A stretch of 64,000 bases of DNA, from assembly GCA_963803145.1 (NCBI GenBank), contig CAWDLW010000023.1, positions 64,001-128,000 on the forward strand, given 5' to 3'. The notes under the pieces were generated by a model. It did not search any database. It was not told the DNA's origin and saw only the letters and a list, made by a program, of their open reading frames with translations. The stretch comes from Methanotrichaceae archaeon (lineage in GTDB: Archaea; Halobacteriota; Methanosarcinia; Methanotrichales; Methanotrichaceae). The position numbers and the translations under genes are program-made. Positions 55,989 through 64,000 of this stretch are shown piece after piece (within the stretch, counting starts at the first letter, position 1; each line of letters begins with the position of its first letter).

Positions 55989-58900
55989 ATGGGCGTTGAT
56001 GATATTGGCTCGGCCGCAATGCTGGATATCTCTAATTATGTAAGTGCAGCCGATGCACTTATTGATAAGACCGAGCAGATGCAAGAGAAACTTAATGCCA
56101 TCTCTGAAAGTCTTAAAGATCCTATCCCTATCACCGTAGATATCAGCCAGATAGAGCAGGCCACAGAAAAGCTGGACGAGCTTAAGCTAACGAACATCGA
56201 TGTTTCAATGAATGCTGCAGATGTTCAGGAGCAACTAAACAATTTAACAGAGTCGTCAAGCGGTTTAGATAAGGAGCTGGAGATAGGCGTTACCGCTGAT
56301 ACGTCAGCTGCATCTGCTTCTATTTATGATCTAACCGACTCGGCAACAAGTCTAGCTGAAAATTCTTATGAACTTCTCATAACTGCCGACGATACACAGA
56401 CAATAGATAAATTTGTAGAAATTGAAGATAAATATGAAGAAATCAAACAGAAGGTAGCGGAGCCTTTAAAAGTAGGGGGTGAGGGAGGCGGGGAAGAAGA
56501 AGGGGGGATGTTGGAAAAGCTCAAAGGAGCGGCTGAAGGTTTTGGCGTTCCAACAGGTCTATTAAATGCGGGTCCTGAAATGCTGGTTGGCGCTGGTGCT
56601 GCAGTAGCTTTAGGCGAGGGCCTGCATAAGTCCGTTGAGGCGGCTACATCATTTCAACAAAGCATGCAATCAGTAGGAGCTTTGACGGGACAGACCACTA
56701 GCGGACTGAAAGAAATAGCCGAGGAAGCCAGCGGCGGAACTACAGTAGGCTTGAACGAGGCAGGCCAGGCCATGATTTCCCTGGCAGATAACGGCGTTCG
56801 AACAAAGGATATGGAAAAAGATCTAGCTGCCTCAATAACGCTTTCAGAAGGCGGAATAATAAGCATGGGGAGCGCTACAACAGTTTTGAGCACTACGCTA
56901 AAGCAATTCCATCAGGACGGGACCCAGGCGGCGCAAGATGTGAACATTATGATTGCCGCTTCGCAGCTGGGAAAGACTTCAACTGAGGATATGGCATCTG
57001 CATTGAGGATAGCGGGGCCTACCGCCTCAGCAGCCGGGTTATCATTTGCGGATACTGCAGGCTCTCTCTCTCTGATGGAGGGAGCCGGTATAAGGGCTAG
57101 AACCGCTTCAAGCGATCTAAATACAATTTTAAAAGATATGTCAGATCCGCCCAAGAAGGTTGCCGAAGGTTTAACCTCTATAGGTGTATCTGCTGACGAT
57201 ATTAATCCTCAGCTTCATTCTTTTGATGATGTAATCGCAGATTTAAAAACTCATATTACATCATCGGCTGAAGCATCAAAAATATTTGGTACTACTGCAG
57301 GCCCTGGACTTTGGGCGTTGCTGCAGCAGGCAAATTTAAAAGAATATACTCAAGATCTCCAAAACAGTAATGCCGGAGTCGAGGCGGCGGACAAAAACAC
57401 TCAGACATATGAAGCATCTATGAAAAAGTTTGGTGCGGCAATAGAAACATGCGAGATAGACTTAGGTACTCTTCTTCTTCCTATTTTAACAGATTTTGTT
57501 ACTGTTGTTGATGAAGGCGTTACCGCTCTTGATAAACTCGGAAAAGGCTTGTATTCAACTGGCGAATATGCGGCAAACACAACCAATTCAGGGCTTCAGA
57601 GTCTTGGTAATGTGGTGCAGCAGGGCACAAACTGGCTTGACAAAAATGCGCTTGGTATGACTGATGATCAAATATCGGCACAGTATGCCGATCCTGGTAA
57701 GAAGATAGGAACAACTGTAGGAGAGAATATCTGTAACGGCATCAGTGATTCATATGATGACATAAACGGCACCATGAACGATGTCTTAACAAAATCTGGA
57801 ACGGATGCAGGAACAGCTGCCGGAGCTGCAGCAGCAAAGGCTTTTTCGGATGCCAACGATGCTTATGCTAAATCTTATGGAAGCTACATAAGCAATGATT
57901 ATATCATGAAATGGAGAACATACGACCAAACAACGGGAGCGGTTACAAATCCCGGCGCATGGGTGAACCCTAATGAAGGGCAGCCAACGCAATCATACGA
58001 TTCAGGATTTAGCACCACGACTCATGCATTAAATGCAAAAGTCCCGCTAAGTTATTCAGAAAGTTATGGTGACTCCAGCGGTTCCGAATACGGTATGAGT
58101 GAGATGAATTTAACGATTGCCGGAAAGACTTATTCTTCTGGCTGGATAAAAAATGACTCATTCGACAGAGCTAATGAATTAAACAAGCTGATTTCGGAAG
58201 CGAGCGGGGATCTACATACTGATGTTAATACCTTGATCGGGGCCGAAGGAATGAATCTGCTGCAGGGAAAAGAGGATCAGACAACATATAATGCTAGGAT
58301 GGCGGTAAATTCGATAGCTGATGTAAAAATTACTCCTGCAACAGTCACAATAGACCCGACTAAACTTGATGAAGATAAAGCCTTTACAGATGATATAAAT
58401 AAAATGTATAAGGACAATACCGTATCTATAGATGATCTGACCAAGGCATACAAGGACTTTCAGAATGCGCCGAATCTTTCAACTAAAGTAATGGAAGATT
58501 ATTCCAACGTTCAAAGGGAAACCGAAGATTTAAAGAAATGGAATGAGCAATTACAAGAGCTTGAGGCAATGCCTGCAAAAGCTCAGCCTTCAGATTATTT
58601 GAATCAACTGAATACTTTAAAATCGGAGATCGAAGGAGCACAAACTTCTATAGCAGCGAACGTCAAGGACATCCATTCTGAACTTTCGAGTGTTTTTGAT
58701 ACTTCCGACATACCGATAGGAAACGTCAAAGGATGGATTGATACCCAAGTTGCTTCAATGGCGTCCACGATTAGCGATGATTGGAAAAAAGGATTCACTA
58801 TAACGGATGAAGATACAATTGCAGCTTTTGTACCAATGCTCCAATGGATGGAGAACAATATGCCCGTCGAGTTTGCCAGGATCGGCGGCACTTCAACTCT

Positions 58901-60764
58901 TGCCTTTGCTGAAGCATGCGCCGACAAATCATCAGATCTTGATGCTGTCTGGGCTAAGCTGGGGCAAAGCGCCGGGACTGCGTTAACTACAAATTTATTT
59001 GGAAATGTTGGAAATGTTCAAATCCCAGGGCAAGGCGGCATAGAAACCCTTCAACAGCAGATCCAGGATTGGATAAGCGATCCTTCAAAGCTCAAGGGAT
59101 CCGTCGATAACCTGGATGATTTCATGAAAAACTATTTCCAGCCCAAACTAGGGGATGACCTGAAAGGATTGGAAGATAACATGAGCATGGGATACAAAGG
59201 TTCCATCGAAGCGACTCAGACTTTTATTACCCAGCTTGAAACTTTGGCTTATCAGACGCCCGATATGTTCACCACTGATGAACTTAATGCCCTCTCGGAA
59301 TACAAGGATCATATGATAGACCTTAAAACGCTCTTAAAAGATATGGGAATAGATGTATCCAATTTAGCTGATGCCCAAAAGAAGCTATCCGACAGCACGA
59401 AAAACACCAACGATCAACTTAATGCTCAAAGATATGATCTTGCGGATCTGGGTACTGAAGGCGGCATGTTCGAGAAAGGCTTTATAGGCCCTGCAACCGA
59501 TCCTAACGCTTTAAAGACCTGGCAAGATAACATGCTCAACCTGGCACATACTAAATGGAGTATGGATCAGCAGGGAGGCTTAACTGTCGGATCTGGAACT
59601 AATGTTGCTGCAGCACCACCAGATATAGACACCTGGGCAAAATACCAGGATTATATCAAGACCGGAAAAGATGATACAGCCCAAACCCAAATTAACTTAG
59701 AGAATACGAATACAGCAGTAAATAATATCAAAGAGGGTTTCAAGGATGTTAACGATACAGCAACATCATTGAATAAGACGGTTGAGGCCACAAAATTAAA
59801 TATGGTGGATATGGAAAGCGCCATGACTAAAACCTTAGCATACTCGCCAAATGCAAATATGCTCGGGACTCAGACTCCAGCAGGAAGCATCCCATCTTTT
59901 GGAGCTCAGCCATTCAGCCCAATGAGCCCAGGATTAGCCAGCCTTCCAAACATTTACACATCTCAGAGCTCAAATTCAGTTTTAGAGTTCAATAACGCCC
60001 TTACATTGGTTAACAACTCGGCCAACGAATTAGGCACTACAACAGATAAACTCCTTACAACAGTAAATAATATCCAGAATACAACAAATGCGGTCGAGAA
60101 GGAAACGGATAATTCTTTAACAATATCAATGCAAATAAAAAATTTAGAAACTCAATCGAGTTCCATAGCGACCAACATTGATAAAACGCTATCAACATCA
60201 AACACGACTATTGCATCAATGAATACCTCTTTAGATACTCTGAATAAAGACCTCAATAGTACCGATAAGCTAATAGAATCAATGATTACGGATCTTGGTA
60301 CTGTCGAGGGAATTTTAACAGAAATTGGATCTATGGTTGCTACGATAGATGGAATATTCCAAGATATATTTATGAATGGCCAAGGGGGTGATACCGGCAG
60401 CATGTCAAGCGGTGGCGGCGGTGATTGGCTAAGCTTTGCCTCAGGCGGATTCATCCCAGGACCTACACCTATTATAGCCGGAGATTCGCCAGGTGGAGAA
60501 TGGCTGATACCTAACGATTTGATGAGCTCATTACTTAACAGCCTCTCGGATATCAGCAACCTAGGATCAGTAGGCAAAGCTTCAGCCTCATTGAGTCTCG
60601 ATACTTCATCGGTGAATTCAGAGATTGAAAAGCTTGCTGAATTGCTAAAATCGAACCCTGTAACGATACCGGCAAAAATTGTTTTCACAACAGATTCAAT
60701 AATGCTAAAGCAGGCTATTGAAGCTGCAGTTTATGAAGTTCTGAAAGATGTTAGGGTATCGTAG
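55989..60764 (+). CDS. Tape measure protein
   Basis: About 1590 aa; TP901-like core (FQQSM..AGPTASAAGLSFADT..GIRA); FASGGFIPGPT..AGDSPGGEWLIP. Confidence 0.92.
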   Translation: MGVDDIGSAAMLDISNYVSAADALIDKTEQMQEKLNAISESLKDPIPITVDISQIEQATEKLDELKLTNIDVSMNAADVQEQLNNLTESSSGLDKELEIGVTADTSAASASIYDLTDSATSLAENSYELLITADDTQTIDKFVEIEDKYEEIKQKVAEPLKVGGEGGGEEEGGMLEKLKGAAEGFGVPTGLLNAGPEMLVGAGAAVALGEGLHKSVEAATSFQQSMQSVGALTGQTTSGLKEIAEEASGGTTVGLNEAGQAMISLADNGVRTKDMEKDLAASITLSEGGIISMGSATTVLSTTLKQFHQDGTQAAQDVNIMIAASQLGKTSTEDMASALRIAGPTASAAGLSFADTAGSLSLMEGAGIRARTASSDLNTILKDMSDPPKKVAEGLTSIGVSADDINPQLHSFDDVIADLKTHITSSAEASKIFGTTAGPGLWALLQQANLKEYTQDLQNSNAGVEAADKNTQTYEASMKKFGAAIETCEIDLGTLLLPILTDFVTVVDEGVTALDKLGKGLYSTGEYAANTTNSGLQSLGNVVQQGTNWLDKNALGMTDDQISAQYADPGKKIGTTVGENICNGISDSYDDINGTMNDVLTKSGTDAGTAAGAAAAKAFSDANDAYAKSYGSYISNDYIMKWRTYDQTTGAVTNPGAWVNPNEGQPTQSYDSGFSTTTHALNAKVPLSYSESYGDSSGSEYGMSEMNLTIAGKTYSSGWIKNDSFDRANELNKLISEASGDLHTDVNTLIGAEGMNLLQGKEDQTTYNARMAVNSIADVKITPATVTIDPTKLDEDKAFTDDINKMYKDNTVSIDDLTKAYKDFQNAPNLSTKVMEDYSNVQRETEDLKKWNEQLQELEAMPAKAQPSDYLNQLNTLKSEIEGAQTSIAANVKDIHSELSSVFDTSDIPIGNVKGWIDTQVASMASTISDDWKKGFTITDEDTIAAFVPMLQWMENNMPVEFARIGGTSTLAFAEACADKSSDLDAVWAKLGQSAGTALTTNLFGNVGNVQIPGQGGIETLQQQIQDWISDPSKLKGSVDNLDDFMKNYFQPKLGDDLKGLEDNMSMGYKGSIEATQTFITQLETLAYQTPDMFTTDELNALSEYKDHMIDLKTLLKDMGIDVSNLADAQKKLSDSTKNTNDQLNAQRYDLADLGTEGGMFEKGFIGPATDPNALKTWQDNMLNLAHTKWSMDQQGGLTVGSGTNVAAAPPDIDTWAKYQDYIKTGKDDTAQTQINLENTNTAVNNIKEGFKDVNDTATSLNKTVEATKLNMVDMESAMTKTLAYSPNANMLGTQTPAGSIPSFGAQPFSPMSPGLASLPNIYTSQSSNSVLEFNNALTLVNNSANELGTTTDKLLTTVNNIQNTTNAVEKETDNSLTISMQIKNLETQSSSIATNIDKTLSTSNTTIASMNTSLDTLNKDLNSTDKLIESMITDLGTVEGILTEIGSMVATIDGIFQDIFMNGQGGDTGSMSSGGGGDWLSFASGGFIPGPTPIIAGDSPGGEWLIPNDLMSSLLNSLSDISNLGSVGKASASLSLDTSSVNSEIEKLAELLKSNPVTIPAKIVFTTDSIMLKQAIEAAVYEVLKDVRVS

Positions 60765-60778
60765 AAAAGAGTAAAAAA

Positions 60779-63700
60779 ATGTCTCTAACTTGGAGCTCAG
60801 GCCCAACGCTCAATAATCCTCGCTCTATGCTGGGTGGATCTGGAAATTTGGCCTCGGCAATATCTGTATGTGGAGAAAATTCCGGATATACTCAAAGCCC
60901 CATATCGGAAATATTCAATGGTTTTACCTGGGCAAATGCATCAAACCTGAATTCAGCCAGGCTCTTGAATGTGGCCGGTGGCAATCCATCTGCAGCTATA
61001 TGTATTGGTGGCTATACCTTTGCAACAAATCAAGAAGTAGCTCAAACGGAACTATTCAATGGTGCCGCCTGGACGAATGCCGCCGCCTTAGGCACTCCCA
61101 GGGATAGCTTAGCAGGAGATGGGACACCTTCTGCGGCTATCTGCATGGGAGGCTCAATCCTTCTCATAGTTGATACCGTGGAAGGCTGGAATGGATCAGC
61201 TTGGAGCAATAAAGCCAGCTTAGCCAACAAGAGGCAGCTTAACGCTGGCGGAGGCAATCCATCTGCAGCATTTACGGTAGGCGGAAACTATGATAATGAT
61301 CATTTAGCCTGGTTTGAAGTATTGATATTAGAGACATTCAACGGCACAACCTGGGCATCCGGAGGCAGTTTAAACACTGGCAGGAGTTCTCTATCTGGAG
61401 GAGGCACGCCATCAGATGCTATTACGATGGGCGGGGCAAAATATGATAATTCATCTGTTTACAGCCTTATTGAGCTATACAATGGATCTGCCTGGACAAA
61501 CAGCGGCGATCTTTTACAGACCAGATGGAATCATTCCGGAGATGGAAATTCTAATCAAGGAATAGTAATAGGCGGAGCCCATAACGGAATTTTAGGGACT
61601 ATAGAGCTCTCAGGCAGCTTAGAAGATTATTCAGCAAATATTGAGTCAAATAGCTTAATATCGGCAATGATAGAGGCTGAAATCAATGCCAGCCTTCAAA
61701 GCTTATCAAAAATTTTTGCCAATGCATATAGCTGGATACCTGGCGAAAATTCGGCAATTATTCAATCAAAATCGTCTATGCTTGCGAATTGGACAGGCTC
61801 AACTGAGCTTTCAGCGAACATCCCGAGCCATTCGTCCATAATATCAGAACAAACAAAACCGCCGCTTATAGTGCCTCTTATAAAGGATGGCCTGTATCTG
61901 ATCAGAAGATCGATGGATTTAACCTATTGCCCAATAAAATTTAAGCATGTTAAAGGCTACAATGATCATTATTTAGATTTTCTTCTCCACGGATGCCCGG
62001 TTAACGACGAAATTGGATGGTATTATATTATTCCAGTAACCAGAAAGTCCTGGGAAGATTGGGATTATTTCAATTTTCTGCAAGACGATGAAGTTTTTGA
62101 TCTGGGTTGCCGTATATCTTGGGGCGGAGATGTAGCAGGCTTCTTCTTCCCAGATCCCGGCATAAGCTCTGGAATTATAACCAATGTAAGCATATGGGGT
62201 TATATGCGAGGCAGCGGAGCTCTTCTTTATATAGACTCTATTAATTCTTTTTGGAATTTTGGCAAAGTAAAATATAATTTACCTTTTTTTCAATGGGTAC
62301 ATGCCGATTATCCGACAAATCCCGAAACAGAATTAAGCTGGCAGTGGTCGGAGCTTGCAAACGGAGTTTTTTGTGCTGGACTTGCCTTGTATTCGAACAC
62401 AAATTCTGATGATCTAGTAAGAGAGTTCAGCAGATGTCGCTATTTCAAAGTCACAATCAACTATATCGATATCATTGGCAATCCTCAAGTTATCACATTA
62501 TGGCCGAACGCTGACGCACCTATATGGCATGATATTAATACAGGAGAGCATTATAAATATCGTTGCTCTACTTATGGTGGTATAGGGCCGGAATGCAGAT
62601 CTCCTTTCATGCTTCCAAATGGATTAAATTATTATTGGTCTGAGCCAACGCTATTGAGATTCTTATACAGCAATCGATTTATTACATATGATTGTTTAGA
62701 TGATAGCGTTATAGATCTCTTTAACATCGCCCTGGATGGCCCGCTGACACCAAAAAGTACCCCGGCGTTCATATACTGCAACATTCCTGATATTCCTTCA
62801 AGCCTTTTATTCAATAAGGTAACGCTTGATTGTGATATTGATCAAGTTTCGAATATTGGAGCAGATGTAACCGTTACTCCTTTTTTACTAATAAACGATA
62901 TAAAATATTACGGAACAGGCGTTTATGTTCCGGTACATTTCATTGGAACTCGCATCATAACAGCGGGATCATTAAATTATACATGGAGCATCAACCCAGC
63001 AACTACCCAACCCTGGACTTATGCGGATCTTGCAGGCTTAAAGTATGGATTTGAGCTTACTTTCGGCAGCTATGACCAGCAACCGACAGTAATCATAAAT
63101 CCAAGAATATCGATGTATCTGGATGCCTCTTTACAGTTTTCATCCAGACATGGGATCTATAAACAAAGTAGATACGGCTGGTTATGCAATCATGCTTTTT
63201 CGGATTATGCACTTCCTGCGCCTATAGCTAAATTATGTCGCAACGATGGGACATTAGCAACAAAAAGATATGGTTCTAGTCTTTCCGAGATTCCATCAAG
63301 CCTTTCCACGATCTTTCAAATAAAAGTTAACGCCTCATTTTGGGCTTTCGGAGACCGGGAGCATTCAGGTTATAGGCTATTTCTGTATTATAATGGGCAA
63401 TATTATTACGATGGCGACCGAAGGCCATTTGATAACGATCCTCTTTATAAATCAGATGTAACCTATACTTGGGCTCTCAGTCCAGCCACCGGCTTACCAT
63501 GGACTTATGAAGAATTTCAGGGATTGATATATGGAATAGAGGTATCAAGCGATTCAACTTATGATATCTATACTATGGAACTCCTAGATTTGAGCGCTGA
63601 TTATATTTTCAGGGAGCTCGAAGGCCCGAAAGTTGAATATACGCCAATAGATGCCTATATGCTTGGATTTACTCAATATGCTCAGAATCCAAATATCAGG

Positions 63701-64000
63701 CCGGATGATTTGGTATTTGTTCTTCCACCGGGCGGGTTCTTGCCTGAACGCACAGAAGTTTGTTATATCAAATATGGTCAAATGGTTTTTCATGGTATTG
63801 TGATAGGAGTTACTGAAATAGTCCAAAGTCCGAATTCAACGATCAAAACCGTCCAAGTATATGCAAAGTCTCAACAGGTAATGCTTTTCTATAGAGATTT
63901 GCCATATTTCTTCTATAATTCATCAGCCGATTATCTAGATAAGCCAGTTACACTTAATGAACTTTTCTCTGATGATATACCAACGTATCCCTATTTCCAA
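60779..64000 (+). CDS. Large tail protein with an N-terminal Kelch-like propeller, truncated by the window edge
   Basis: ATG 60779; same frame open at the window end (hence absent from the track); paralogous to 50421-52580; duplicated W..(N/S)PAT..PWTY motif. Confidence 0.8.
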   Translation, partial: MSLTWSSGPTLNNPRSMLGGSGNLASAISVCGENSGYTQSPISEIFNGFTWANASNLNSARLLNVAGGNPSAAICIGGYTFATNQEVAQTELFNGAAWTNAAALGTPRDSLAGDGTPSAAICMGGSILLIVDTVEGWNGSAWSNKASLANKRQLNAGGGNPSAAFTVGGNYDNDHLAWFEVLILETFNGTTWASGGSLNTGRSSLSGGGTPSDAITMGGAKYDNSSVYSLIELYNGSAWTNSGDLLQTRWNHSGDGNSNQGIVIGGAHNGILGTIELSGSLEDYSANIESNSLISAMIEAEINASLQSLSKIFANAYSWIPGENSAIIQSKSSMLANWTGSTELSANIPSHSSIISEQTKPPLIVPLIKDGLYLIRRSMDLTYCPIKFKHVKGYNDHYLDFLLHGCPVNDEIGWYYIIPVTRKSWEDWDYFNFLQDDEVFDLGCRISWGGDVAGFFFPDPGISSGIITNVSIWGYMRGSGALLYIDSINSFWNFGKVKYNLPFFQWVHADYPTNPETELSWQWSELANGVFCAGLALYSNTNSDDLVREFSRCRYFKVTINYIDIIGNPQVITLWPNADAPIWHDINTGEHYKYRCSTYGGIGPECRSPFMLPNGLNYYWSEPTLLRFLYSNRFITYDCLDDSVIDLFNIALDGPLTPKSTPAFIYCNIPDIPSSLLFNKVTLDCDIDQVSNIGADVTVTPFLLINDIKYYGTGVYVPVHFIGTRIITAGSLNYTWSINPATTQPWTYADLAGLKYGFELTFGSYDQQPTVIINPRISMYLDASLQFSSRHGIYKQSRYGWLCNHAFSDYALPAPIAKLCRNDGTLATKRYGSSLSEIPSSLSTIFQIKVNASFWAFGDREHSGYRLFLYYNGQYYYDGDRRPFDNDPLYKSDVTYTWALSPATGLPWTYEEFQGLIYGIEVSSDSTYDIYTMELLDLSADYIFRELEGPKVEYTPIDAYMLGFTQYAQNPNIRPDDLVFVLPPGGFLPERTEVCYIKYGQMVFHGIVIGVTEIVQSPNSTIKTVQVYAKSQQVMLFYRDLPYFFYNSSADYLDKPVTLNELFSDDIPTYPYFQ

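Larger units (their letters stand above)
13550..64000. mobile_element. Integrated tailed archaeal virus (siphovirus-like provirus), right part outside the window
   Basis: Terminase-portal-protease-capsid-neck-tail tube-chaperone-tape measure order, preceded by dense small early genes; left boundary approximate (13.5-14.4 kb). Confidence 0.9.

Noticed and set aside
60779-64000. Apparent 3-kb gene desert in the ORF track
   Set aside because: One long + strand ORF with no stop before the window edge

Overview
Positions 1 to about 13.5 kb are ordinary chromosome of a methanogenic archaeon, most likely Methanothrix/Methanotrichaceae. That assignment is inferred from gene content (Hef helicase-nuclease, PAS hybrid kinase, GGAGGTGA Shine-Dalgarno (SD) sites, TATA-type promoters) and is not proven. 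From about 13.55 kb to the end lies a tailed-virus (siphovirus-like) provirus that runs off the right edge. It carries small regulators and secreted-protein cassettes, an AbrB-type divergent switch, early genes (hexapeptide-repeat protein, DUF5131, ASCH, Dam-type methylase, ParB-DUF4417), a radical-SAM moron, TerS, a TerL split into two genes, portal, protease/scaffold, capsid, a 13-kb fibre/protease/lysis block inside the neck module, tail tube, chaperones, tape measure and a truncated tail protein. No integrase or recognisable replication enzyme is in the window. The best novelty candidate is an array of five unrelated GC-rich hairpins at 18195-18497, with 24-34 nt loops that mostly read as antisense copies of ribosome-binding/start regions. 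Also notable are two papain-like proteases (one fused to a virion-type domain), several structured intergenic RNAs and a 21-bp inverted repeat around an AT-rich core. All structures were paired by eye and all family calls come from motif recognition, with no database search.
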